NCBI GenBank assembly: GCA_937862885.1
Contig: CALMEE010000121.1
Coordinates: 66,373-130,372 of the forward strand
Direction of reading: 5' to 3'
Source: an uncultured Planctomycetaceae bacterium
GTDB lineage: Bacteria; Planctomycetota; Planctomycetia; Pirellulales; Pirellulaceae
Length of the DNA stretch: 64,000 nucleotides
The notes under the pieces: generated by a model
Databases searched by the model: none
What the model was told of the DNA's origin: nothing
Seen by the model: the letters and a program-made list of their open reading frames with translations, nothing else
Part shown: in pieces, positions 37,503 through 47,182 of the stretch
How the letters are laid out: every line of letters begins with the position of its first letter
Position numbering within the stretch: position 1 is the stretch's first letter
Made by a program: the position numbers and the translations under genes

Positions 37503-38374
37503 ACAGCTCTAAGAATGACCGCTTGTTAGAACTTTTGGTTGATCAAGCAACCATGGGTCTAAGCGACGCTGAAAAGGTCGAGCTTGGTTCGCTCCTAAAT
37601 GCCTTAGGCTTAGACGATGATTGGTCCTTCGATCAAGTTGCTGCGATTATCGACTTAGGTGTGGCTGAAGAAGAAATGAATCCTTTGCCGTCTCACATTC
37701 GCAACAAGGTAGTGGATCAAGCCAGAGATTATCTGGCCGTTGAGAAGTCATCGCAACGACATGCCGCGCAAATCGAGGATCGACGTCCATTGTCCAATAT
37801 CGTCGAACAGCAGCCTACGAAATCGGAGCGGACCGCGCCAGCAGTCTCGAATCGTGAGCTGTTAGCTTGGCTGGCGACCGCTGCGTGTCTCTTGCTGGCT
37901 GCGTTTGCATGGTTCTCGCGAGCAAATGGGCCTTCCGGTCGAACACCTGTGGTTGAATCCGCGACACCGTTAATCAAGCAGGTGGGTGAACTTGACTTTG
38001 ATGAATTTTTGCAGCGATCAAATCTGATGCGGGTTGATCTGGCGCCTGGTCCTGATCAGTCGGCTGTAGCTGCTACGGCAACCGTCTATTGGGATCCGCA
38101 GAAGAAACTTGGCTTCATCAAGATCGCTGGTTTGCGGCCAAATGAGGCCTCGGCGGAACAATACCAATTGTGGATCATTGACCGTGTGCGAGGAATTGAG
38201 GATCGGCCGAATGCAGGTGTTTTCGATATTTCTGAAGCGGGTGAGGTGATCTTCAGGTTCCGTTCTGATTTGGAGATTTTTGATGCCCAAGGTTTTGCCG
38301 TTACCGTGGAAAAACCTGGAGGAATCAACAAATCCGACTTGTCTCGAATTGCCTTAATCAATTTGGGTGGCTGA
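37499..38374 (+). CDS. Anti-sigma factor (RskA-like: N-terminal sigma-binding region, a TM helix and a C-terminal anti-sigma-K domain)
   Basis: The start overlaps the sigma stop (ATGA). N-terminal LLELLVDQATMGLSDAEKVEL, TM LLAWLATAACLLLAAFAWF and C-terminal VYWDPQKKLGFIKIAGLRP...YQLWIID, as in RskA. Confidence 0.7.
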   Translation: MNSSKNDRLLELLVDQATMGLSDAEKVELGSLLNALGLDDDWSFDQVAAIIDLGVAEEEMNPLPSHIRNKVVDQARDYLAVEKSSQRHAAQIEDRRPLSNIVEQQPTKSERTAPAVSNRELLAWLATAACLLLAAFAWFSRANGPSGRTPVVESATPLIKQVGELDFDEFLQRSNLMRVDLAPGPDQSAVAATATVYWDPQKKLGFIKIAGLRPNEASAEQYQLWIIDRVRGIEDRPNAGVFDISEAGEVIFRFRSDLEIFDAQGFAVTVEKPGGINKSDLSRIALINLGG

Positions 38375-38646
38375 TTTCGGTCATGCCTGCATGATCTAGC
38401 GCCGGGCTAAGGGGCTAGCAGTCTGAGCGTGCGTGCAAGATTGACATCTTTAGAAAAACAAAATTGCTCACTCGACGCAATTGGCTGTTGTCGTTATTCT
38501 ATCCGCACTCAACGAGCCGTTATCCTGAGCCTGGCAACCGACTTGCTCAGAACCTTGCCGCCATCGCAACTCGTTCGGCATTCAGTGATACCTGGGGTTG
38601 AGGTTTATTTGGGCTGAGAGAAGCAGAAAGGATTTTGCTGCCGAAT

Positions 38647-39843
38647 ATGCCAAACCAATTGTTTGCACGCAAGCAGTCTCCAGTGTTCGAGGTCGAACAA
38701 CAGCGATTAAAGATTCTACAAATTGTATCGGGCACCGACGTCAACGGTGCCGTCATTTATTGCGGATTGCTGGCCAGGCGGTTGTCCTCTCTGGGACACC
38801 AGGTAACCGTAATGATTCGTCCACAAGCCTGGTTCCAAGAGCGTTTTCGCGACGAGTCATTTGCGTTGACCTATTCCACACTCGACCGAAACTTCGCTGA
38901 AGTTAAACGTGTCTGCGAGTTTGTAAAGCGGGAAAAGTTTGACCTGGTTCACACGCACATGAGTTCGGCGCATTCGTTTGGTGTGATACTCAAATATTTG
39001 ACGGGAATTCCCTGCATCGCCACCGCTCACCAGTGTAGCCTACAACTTCATTGGTGCCTAAACGATTACGTGATTGCTAACTCGAGAGCGACGCGGACAT
39101 ATCAACAACGCGTCAATTGCGTTTTGGGTAATCGAATTGAAGCCATTCACTGCTTCTCAGACTTGCAACCCTTCGCCGAGCAAAACGACGACGCGCGATT
39201 TGCTGTGCGGCGACAATTTGGCATTCCGGACGATGCGTTGGTCGTCGGACTCGTAGGAAATATCTGCAAACGAAAAGGACAATATATTCTGGTACAGGCG
39301 TTGCCGGAGCTAATTCGCCGATATCCTAAATTGGTCGTTTTGTTTGTGGGGAGCTACGCTCCGCGGAATTCATCTTACATGAGGCGCGTGCGAGGTTCCC
39401 TTGTAAAGCATCAATTATTTCGGCGCGTGCGTTGGTTGGGTCGCAAGGACGATATCCCAGCAATCCTTAAGTCTTGTGACATCAGCATCATTCCATCCTT
39501 GGAAGAACCGCTCGGGTTGGCAGCCATCGAGTCGCTGGCCAGCGGAGTTCCGACGGTTGCTAGTGACGTGGGAGGACTGCCCGAGATCATCGAACATCGT
39601 AAAACGGGGTTGCTAATCCCGCCGGGCGATCCGTTAGCGATTACACAGTCCATTTCGGAGTACGTGGAAGATCGAGATCGCGCCTTAGAAATGGCTGAAC
39701 TGGGACGATCAAAAGTCCTACAACAATTTGACCAAGGTGTCCTGACGGAACAGGTTGAGCGCGTGTATCGTCGTGTTTTGCAGCGCCGCTCGACCATACT
39801 CGAACCCGAATTTCTACCCCTATATCTGCCGGGAAAATGGTGA
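38647..39843 (+). CDS. Glycosyltransferase family 4 (GT-B fold)
   Basis: N-terminal ILQIVSGTDVNGAVIYCGLLARRLSSLGHQVTV and C-terminal EPLGLAAIESLASGVPTVASDVGGLPEIIEHRKTGLLIPPGD (GT4 EX7E region). The track start is TTG 38635 and the ATG is at 38647. Confidence 0.85.
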   Translation: MPNQLFARKQSPVFEVEQQRLKILQIVSGTDVNGAVIYCGLLARRLSSLGHQVTVMIRPQAWFQERFRDESFALTYSTLDRNFAEVKRVCEFVKREKFDLVHTHMSSAHSFGVILKYLTGIPCIATAHQCSLQLHWCLNDYVIANSRATRTYQQRVNCVLGNRIEAIHCFSDLQPFAEQNDDARFAVRRQFGIPDDALVVGLVGNICKRKGQYILVQALPELIRRYPKLVVLFVGSYAPRNSSYMRRVRGSLVKHQLFRRVRWLGRKDDIPAILKSCDISIIPSLEEPLGLAAIESLASGVPTVASDVGGLPEIIEHRKTGLLIPPGDPLAITQSISEYVEDRDRALEMAELGRSKVLQQFDQGVLTEQVERVYRRVLQRRSTILEPEFLPLYLPGKW

Positions 39844-40501
39844 TCGGTCACATTGACCGGGAAAAAACGAATGTTTGGGCCCGTTTGATCTCAATGCAAA
39901 CGGATCATTACCGCATTTCTCCCGTTTTTTCGTGCGTCCCCAGTAATTGGAACCTACACTACGATCAGGGTTCGCATTGGTCGCAATTTTGCTTGTTTGC
40001 GGTGCCTCGTGTAGACTTCATTACGGTGTTTATCCATTGGTTTTCTCCCCAACATTCCCTTTTACTCTCAATTGACGTTCCTGGCGTCATCACTACGTAT
40101 GTGCGTATGTGCCAGTAAGACAAATTGGAGTTAGATGATCTCGTCAATGATTGAAACGACGGATTTGCGCGGGCGTGGAGTGATTCGTACTAAGTCGTAG
40201 GGCGAATCAGAGCCTTCGAGCGTGTCCTTTTGAATATTATTTTGTCACCGTTTTAAGATCGATTTCCACGCGCGAACAACCTGGCTTCGAATGATGTGCC
40301 TGGACGTTGATTCGCTGAAGTTGTTGGATCACGCAAACGACATGATTGGCCCAGCCATCGAGCAAAACTGTGAGCCTATTGGCCGCAGAATAAACACCGA
40401 TTCCGTGACCTTTTGCGAGCCCTAGTGCTGCGTGCTCATTGCGGGCACCCTGTTGGTTCATCCGCAATAACTGACCTACTTGAGATGTACAGGAACTAGA
40501 A

Positions 40502-41515
40502 ATGTACCCAATGAAAAAGACAAGACATGCATTCACGTTGATCGAGTTGCTTGTGGTCATCGCCGTTATTGGAATCTTGATGGCATTGTTGATGCCTGCC
40601 GTGCAGATGGTGCGCGAGGCAGCCCGCAGAACCAATTGCTTGAGCAATATTCGCAACATCGGAGTTGCCATGCACAATTTCGAGGGAGCCCTCAATCGCT
40701 ACCCTGAAGGCTGGATCGAGCGGAATACAGACTGTTCAGCGTCCGTGTTTCCGCCGTGCGCAAGTTATCGATATGGATGGGCAACCCTGTTGCTTCCCTA
40801 TGTTGAAGGCGGCAACATCTACGGCACTTACAATATTTCCGCCGGGTACTGGAATGATCCAAGCACTCCCACGGTCGAGTTTAATTCCGCGGCGGGGATC
40901 GAGATCTACACTTGTCCTTCTGATCCAGAAGAGCTTTTGAATCCGCTTGTTGAACAAGGCATGCACGCCAAATTGAACTATGTCGGCTCAATCGGTCAAG
41001 ACTACATGGACAATTTTCTATCGCGCAACAATGGTGGTAGCGGCATGTTCTTTATGAATAGCCGAGTGCGACACCGCGACATTCGCGATGGCACCAGCCA
41101 TGTTATCAGCCATGCGGAGCGCAGCGGAACTCCAAGTGGCAACCAATATCGCAACTTGGGAATTCGCATTGGACTGGTGCAGGACGGCGCCGTTGCCAAC
41201 GACATCGACGGTGTCACGTTTCCTGGATTGGAGTTGGCCAACCAACTTGGGCAGGGACCGTTCGATCCAACACGCTACCCAGGCGTCCCCATGGATCATC
41301 GCAGCTTCGGAATTAAAGGAAAAGGCAGTGCTGGAGTCAGCAGCGATATTTTTGCCTACACTGCTGGATATGCAAGCGCACATCCTGGAGGCATCAGCGT
41401 GCTGTTTGCCGACGGTTCCACAATGTTTATGAACGAAACAATCACCGTCGACGTCTTCGCGCGGCTACTCAACATTGCGGATGGAGGCGTTCTTAGCGAG
41501 GACGATTATCGTTAA
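40502..41515 (+). CDS. DUF1559 domain protein with a prepilin-type N-terminal motif; second copy in the window
   Basis: M(YPM)KKTRHAFTLIELLVVIAVIGILMALLMPAVQMVREAARRTNCLSNIRN. C-terminal ...HPGGISVLFADGSTMFMNE. An AGGAAC ribosome-binding site is present. An alternative ATG lies at 40511. Confidence 0.85.
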   Translation: MYPMKKTRHAFTLIELLVVIAVIGILMALLMPAVQMVREAARRTNCLSNIRNIGVAMHNFEGALNRYPEGWIERNTDCSASVFPPCASYRYGWATLLLPYVEGGNIYGTYNISAGYWNDPSTPTVEFNSAAGIEIYTCPSDPEELLNPLVEQGMHAKLNYVGSIGQDYMDNFLSRNNGGSGMFFMNSRVRHRDIRDGTSHVISHAERSGTPSGNQYRNLGIRIGLVQDGAVANDIDGVTFPGLELANQLGQGPFDPTRYPGVPMDHRSFGIKGKGSAGVSSDIFAYTAGYASAHPGGISVLFADGSTMFMNETITVDVFARLLNIADGGVLSEDDYR

Positions 41516-41613
41516 GCAACATAGTCACATGATTTTCCCTAGATTTTCCAACGGCCAAGTGAATTCAAACTGCAACACTTGTCTGATTGGTGTTGATTTG
41601 CAAACACTGGATT

Positions 41614-42513
41614 CTATCGCTTCTCCGGTTGTTTGATTTCCACTTCGTATGACGCATCAATCACATACGTGCGTTGGTGTTCGCGGTAATCGCGTGTGAA
41701 ACCGGGGATTCTGTCGAACACGACTTTCTTCTCAGCTAGACTAATTTCGTAATCCAATTGATCCTGGCCAGAACCTGCCCAGGTGAACACCACAAGTTTC
41801 TTTTTTGAGAAATCAACGAGCCTCGAAATCGAGTCTACAAGTTCTTGCGACTCACATTGCGCCAATAACGCTTCTTTCGAATCAATAACCGCAGGTTCTC
41901 TAAAGGCTCCGCCCATTTCCAGTTTATCCGGGACTTGCACGTCGAGTTGTTGAACAATCAATCGAGGGACTGGAAATTTGCCGCTACGCCATTGCAAGAT
42001 AAACGCGTGCAAGTTTCTGGCGAGATCATCTTTAGGTTGCAGCTGATATTTTCGTGACTCACCTTCATCGGCTGCGATTTGAATCGTAAACTGTGGCAGA
42101 TCGGGTATATTCAAAACCGCTTCTTCATTTTTCGGAAACTCAATCCTCAGCAATGCGGCCTTGATCTCTTCCCAGTTTTCCGATATCTCTCCACTAACTT
42201 CGGTTTGATTCTTGAGCGACTGGAAAGTCCATTTTCCACCATGCGTCAATGTGAACGTATAGTCGGACTCTTCCGTCAGTTCGTCGACGTGGCGAAATCC
42301 TAGGTAGCGATGAATAACCAACATCGTCTTGTCATCCTTGGTAGATTGCTGAAGTCTAATTGCAACGTTTGTTGGATTTATGGTTTGCACCGTTAACAAA
42401 ATGAACATTGAGCAAGCAAATAAGCACTTATTTCGTTTTGCGCACAAATTCGAGGAAATTGAAATCTTCATCGTTTGTATCCTTTGCGTGCAGTGGTTGC
42501 AAAGCAATTTCAC
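41614..42513 (-). CDS. Hypothetical secreted protein
   Basis: 299 aa. The N-terminal hydrophobic segment CLFACSMFILLTVQTI suggests a signal peptide. No recognisable motifs. Confidence 0.45.
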   Translation of the reverse strand: MKLLCNHCTQRIQTMKISISSNLCAKRNKCLFACSMFILLTVQTINPTNVAIRLQQSTKDDKTMLVIHRYLGFRHVDELTEESDYTFTLTHGGKWTFQSLKNQTEVSGEISENWEEIKAALLRIEFPKNEEAVLNIPDLPQFTIQIAADEGESRKYQLQPKDDLARNLHAFILQWRSGKFPVPRLIVQQLDVQVPDKLEMGGAFREPAVIDSKEALLAQCESQELVDSISRLVDFSKKKLVVFTWAGSGQDQLDYEISLAEKKVVFDRIPGFTRDYREHQRTYVIDASYEVEIKQPEKR

Positions 42514-43919
42514 CGATCGACAGAAAACTTGAACGCGACCATCAACTCGCGCTCCCTGCCCACGTAATCAATCGGCTGAATTGCGAGAATGCTGCACGTT
42601 CTTGCCCAAACTAGAATGGCAAATGCAATCCGAACAAGTGCGTCTGTTTGGTTTTCACACCTACATTCTAGAAGATTGTTCGATCCTGGCCAATCGGCAC
42701 GGCACATGAACATCGCCAATCCAGGCTTTTTCGCATAATTCGATCTCGCACTCGCACAAGATTGACAAGCCGAATGGCAACGCCATGTGTCGGCACACCT
42801 GAGTGACCAACTGGGCTGAAAGACGAAATTATGGTAGCTTGGGGCTGGAGGTCAAACAACTTTGGCACGAAGTTTTCCTCTTGCAAGTTGCCAACAGATG
42901 TTATGGCTTGCGAAAAGAACCTAAATCTGCACCATGGTTGACCCTCTTGCAATTTTGATTTAAACGGCGAGTGAAATTTCCGTGCAGAGGCTGTCCGTCG
43001 GTTCACGACGTTGGGTCACATCGGTCCCGATGTCAGAATTTGCTCGGGTAACCTCTCGGTAACCACGGTTAGCGTTTCCGTGCTCCCGGTTGCCACCAAG
43101 TTTTCGTTTGCCGTTGCCTGTACAATGACTGACAAAACGTGTTCACGTTTGCTAACCGATTGAAAGTCGGTCCAATCCTTGATTTGAAGTTATCTAACGT
43201 TGGTGGCATTGATGATTAGACGGGTAAAACAAATTTTCCACTCGCGTTTGATGTTAATCCCGATGGGGGTTGTCTTGGGAATTATTGCGCGGTGGGTGTT
43301 GGGCGTACCCGAACCGGTAGACGAGACCTTGAGACTAGAATCGTATGACGTACAACCTTCCAGTGAACAAACTGAGAACGAGCTTCCGCTCGTTACTCCC
43401 AAAATACCAGGTACGCCGATCGAATTGCCGATTTGGAGGGACTTCCGAACATGGGTATGATGCGTCATTCTTGCCAACGCGATACCAATTCTTGCCTTGA
43501 AGTCGTATTCGTTGCCTGCCAAACTCTTGGCTTCAGCGACTTTCCTAGGCCACTTTTTCGCAAAAACATCGTTCAGTGCAGGTTTTCTTGAAACAAGTTG
43601 AAGCTCCCAGGGGTCTCAAGTCATTTAAACAGTGGTGTTGCACACAATGGATCTACTCTTATGTTCCAGTTGTGAACGTTTGAACGATCGAGAAAAGTGA
43701 GTTTGCCACATCACGAGCTACCTAAGGTACGCTCACCCAGGATCAAGTGAGATTGAACTGGGTGGTGATGTGCAGGGTTTGTCATTTTTGCCGGGATATT
43801 CGTCCGCGTTTGATTAGAACCCTTCTCGAAAACCGTCAATCAGTCTAACATAATGGCTGATGCAAATTTCAATTTGTCCTAAAATTACTGAACGTTTCCT
43901 ATAAGAAAGGTAAGTCCTG

Positions 43920-44822
43920 ATGAGATTACGAGTTTCACGAGTCGTTGTGGCTCCTGTGATTTTTGCCGTTTGTTTAGCGCTAACTTCGGCAACATTTGCT
44001 CAGTCCAATATATTGCGATGGAATTTGCAAGAAGGCCAAGTGTTCAAGATCGAAACGACGATCAAACAACAGCAGAAAATCCCAAGTTTCGGGATGGAAA
44101 TGGAAATCACTCAGGGCGTTTTCACTGAGTGGGTCGTGAAGAGCGTGAATGACGACAAATACACGATCGGTCAAAAAATCAAACGCATGACGATGAACAT
44201 GGACTCTCCCATGATGCAAATGGAAATTGATACCGATGACAAAGAAGCCGGAGGCGAATTAGCACAAGTCGGTGAGATGCTTGGAGCATTAATCGACGAA
44301 GAAATCGAATTCGAAATGGATTCACTAGGCGTGGTGGGTGATGTGAAAGTTCCTGAAAGCCTAGTCGAACGTCTTTCAGGGGGTGCCATGATGGGCATGG
44401 GTGGTCTTGGACCAGAAATGTTCGAACAGTTTGCTAAGCAAAGCACGCTGGTCTTCCCAAAGGAGTCTGTTTCGGAAACGTCAGAGTGGAAGTATTCCTC
44501 GACTGTTAAGACCATGGGAACAATGAAGTTCGACACGACCTACAAGTATTTGGGCGAAGACAAAGTCGACGGCGTTGCCCTGCAGAAGATTGGTGTGACT
44601 GCGGATATCACCATGGAAGACGGCGAGATTCCAGGCGTGGGTGGCTCAATCGATATCGAATCGAGTGAATCCACCGGCAACGTCTGGTTTGATAACTCCA
44701 AAGGGTACTTGGTGAAATCTGAGGTTAATCAAAAGATGGATATGGTCATGGATGTGATGGGCATGGAAATGGCTGTCGCCAGCACAACAAAGACGAATGT
44801 GAAAATGACCCAGGTCAAATAA
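43920..44822 (+). CDS. Secreted Met-rich acidic protein (hypothetical)
   Basis: AAGGTAAG ribosome-binding site. Signal peptide MRLRVSRVVVAPVIFAVCLALTSATFAQ. Met clusters MTMNMDSPMMQMEID, GGAMMGMGGLGPEMF and MDMVMDVMGMEMAV. Confidence 0.55.
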   Translation: MRLRVSRVVVAPVIFAVCLALTSATFAQSNILRWNLQEGQVFKIETTIKQQQKIPSFGMEMEITQGVFTEWVVKSVNDDKYTIGQKIKRMTMNMDSPMMQMEIDTDDKEAGGELAQVGEMLGALIDEEIEFEMDSLGVVGDVKVPESLVERLSGGAMMGMGGLGPEMFEQFAKQSTLVFPKESVSETSEWKYSSTVKTMGTMKFDTTYKYLGEDKVDGVALQKIGVTADITMEDGEIPGVGGSIDIESSESTGNVWFDNSKGYLVKSEVNQKMDMVMDVMGMEMAVASTTKTNVKMTQVK

Positions 44823-44991
44823 ATCCAACGGTTATCGTCGTCAATTTTGATGACAATTCCCTTAGAATAACGCGAAACTTGGTCCTAACCGGACCAAGTT
44901 TTTTTATTTGCCCGATTCTGCCGATTTTAATGCGTACTGCTGGGTATTGGAAAGCGATTCTAAAGTTGGTGTCACTGTTCAATATCAAACT

Positions 44992-45861
44992 ATGCACGAC
45001 TTGGATTCTCGTCCGATAAAGGTTATCCAGTTTACGCCTCAGTCTGCACTGCGCAGTCCCGTGCAACTCTTCGGAGACATTCTGCAAAATGTGCGAGATG
45101 GGTGGGCGCTGGCGTGGCGCATGTTCCTGCGTAACCTCAAGGGACAATACCGTCAGACCTTTCTGGGCCTGTTTTGGGTTTTCCTGCCCCCCTTAGCAAA
45201 TACTGCCTTGTGGGTGCTTCTTGCCTCACGTGGCGTGACGAACTTTGCCGAAACGATTGGGGCGAAGTACACCATCTACGTGCTGACGGGAATGGTTCTT
45301 TGGCAAGCATTTATCGACGGCTTGTTGGCACCTCTAAATTCCATTCAAAGCAACCGCAGCATGTTGAGCAAACTCCGTTTCCCGCGAGAGTCAATCTTAA
45401 TGGTAGGTGCATTGGAGGTACTGTTCGACTTGGCTGTTCGCACGCTCGTGCTGATACCGTTGTTACTTTGGTTCGGCATGACATACTCCAACTGGCTGTT
45501 TGTCGTACCAGTGGCTGCGTTGGCCCTAGTATGTTTGAGCATCGGTTTGGGCTGCCTTATGATGCCTTGGGGCATGCTATATCAAGATATTGGCAAGCTA
45601 TTAACCGTCGCCACACCGTTGTGGATGATTCTGACACAAATCGTTTATCCACCACCGCAAGATTGGGCGAGCAATCCATTGAATTGGGCGAATCCTGCAA
45701 GTCCACTTCTGCTTTGGGCTCGCGACATCTTGGTGGTAGGCCAATCCGATCATTTATGGGCGGCCATCGTTTATGCTACGTTGGCCGTTCCAATATTTAT
45801 TGCTGGATTGGTCGTTTATCGAGTCGCCATTCCGGTCCTGGTAGAGCGAGTTTCGAACTGA
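44992..45861 (+). CDS. ABC-2 type transporter permease (Wzm/KpsM-like polysaccharide exporter)
   Basis: Characteristic N-terminus FLRNLKGQYRQTFLGLFWVFLPPLANTALWVL followed by six TM helices. The start is assigned to the in-frame ATG at 44992 (the track start at 44908 is possible). Confidence 0.75.
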   Translation: MHDLDSRPIKVIQFTPQSALRSPVQLFGDILQNVRDGWALAWRMFLRNLKGQYRQTFLGLFWVFLPPLANTALWVLLASRGVTNFAETIGAKYTIYVLTGMVLWQAFIDGLLAPLNSIQSNRSMLSKLRFPRESILMVGALEVLFDLAVRTLVLIPLLLWFGMTYSNWLFVVPVAALALVCLSIGLGCLMMPWGMLYQDIGKLLTVATPLWMILTQIVYPPPQDWASNPLNWANPASPLLLWARDILVVGQSDHLWAAIVYATLAVPIFIAGLVVYRVAIPVLVERVSN

Positions 45862-45920
45862 CGCGTAAAATCTGCACATTACTTGTGGGTGATCGCAACA
45901 TTTTTTTCGCAAAAATTAAC

Positions 45921-47165
45921 ATGATTCCCGATCCTGTCGCACAGGTTGAAAACGTCTCGAAAAAGTATTGTCGCAATCTCAAGCGATCATTACGCTATGG
46001 CGTGTTCGACTTGTTTAACGAATTAATGGGGAGCAACGGCGAACAGCGGGGCAAGTTGCGCGGCGGCGAGTTTTTTGCCGTCGATCACGTCAGCTTCGAT
46101 GTTCGGCCGGGTGAATGCGTCGCGTTATTGGGCCCAAATGGTGCAGGTAAAAGTACACTGTTAAAAATGTTGGCGGGTTTGTTCAAGCCCGACACCGGTA
46201 AAATCACGATACGCGGAAGACTGGGTGCGCTGATCGAACTGGGGACGGGCTTCAATCCGATTCTCACGGGACGTGAAAACGTGTTTGTCAACGGCACGTT
46301 GCTCGGTTTGAAAAAGCGGGAAATTGAGCAGCGGTTTGCTGAGATCGTCGAGTTTTCCGAATTGGCCGACGTGATCGACGAACCAGTCCGCACGTACAGC
46401 ACCGGGATGCGGCTACGGCTGGGCTTTTCAGTCGCGGCCCATTTGCGACCGCAGTTGTTGTTGATCGACGAAGTATTGGCGGTGGGTGACGTTCGGTTTC
46501 GTATGAAGTGCTTCAAACATATTCTGAACTTGATTGAAGAAGGCCTGGCACTAATCATTGTCTCGCATGCAGTAAGCCAACTCAATCGAGTTTGCAACAG
46601 GGCCATCGTGATGTTCGACCATCATTTGGTCTACGATGGCGACTTTCCACAAGGAGCGGCACTCTATGAAAAGCTTTTGTTAGAGACCAATGTTCAGAAG
46701 CAACGAGTAACGGGCACGGGTGAAGCCGAGATTGGTGACATCCGCGTTGCCAATCTCGTTGGCGATGACAAAATTAATACCGGCGAGACATTGCGCGCTG
46801 AAATCGATTTCGCTTGCACGTCCTCTGTGGAAGATGCCCGCGTGCGCGTCTTCATCGAATCGCCTGTAGGCGGCGTGTTGGGCGGATTCTCAACACGCTT
46901 GCACGATTTTCGTTTTAGTTTGGAACCTCCAGGCCAGACGCTGGTCGTTGAAATGCCTGAACTTCCCTTACTTATGGGCGCTTACACACTCAACGTCGCT
47001 CTTTACGGGAAGGCCCTTGATCATTTTATTGACCGTCGCCAGCCGGGAGCCGCTTTTCAAGTGGTAGGCCCCCAAACCAACAGCTTCGCCATGGGTGAAG
47101 ATGGCATGGTTCGCTTTGCACACAAATGGGGTTTGCAGCCCCTAATGAAATCGTACGACTCATAA
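45921..47165 (+). CDS. ABC transporter ATP-binding protein (Wzt/KpsT-like) with a C-terminal substrate-binding extension
   Basis: Walker A LLGPNGAGKSTLLKML, Q-loop, signature YSTGMRLRLGFS, Walker B LLLIDEVLAVGD and H-loop IIVSHA. About 160 extra C-terminal residues are present, as in Wzt polymer-recognition domains. The real start is ATG 45921; the track's long ORF from 45174 is read-through of the upstream gene in another frame. Confidence 0.85.
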   Translation: MIPDPVAQVENVSKKYCRNLKRSLRYGVFDLFNELMGSNGEQRGKLRGGEFFAVDHVSFDVRPGECVALLGPNGAGKSTLLKMLAGLFKPDTGKITIRGRLGALIELGTGFNPILTGRENVFVNGTLLGLKKREIEQRFAEIVEFSELADVIDEPVRTYSTGMRLRLGFSVAAHLRPQLLLIDEVLAVGDVRFRMKCFKHILNLIEEGLALIIVSHAVSQLNRVCNRAIVMFDHHLVYDGDFPQGAALYEKLLLETNVQKQRVTGTGEAEIGDIRVANLVGDDKINTGETLRAEIDFACTSSVEDARVRVFIESPVGGVLGGFSTRLHDFRFSLEPPGQTLVVEMPELPLLMGAYTLNVALYGKALDHFIDRRQPGAAFQVVGPQTNSFAMGEDGMVRFAHKWGLQPLMKSYDS

Positions 47166-47182
47166 CCACACGGGCACCCGCG

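Noticed and set aside
40237-40695. Minus-strand 152-aa ORF
   Set aside because: It overlaps the 5' end and the ribosome-binding site of the well-supported DUF1559 gene on the plus strand and has no recognisable features.
45174-47165. Track ORF of 663 aa
   Set aside because: Its first ~250 codons are an alternative frame overlapping the Wzm permease gene. The genuine ABC ATPase starts at ATG 45921 (Walker A ~50 aa later).
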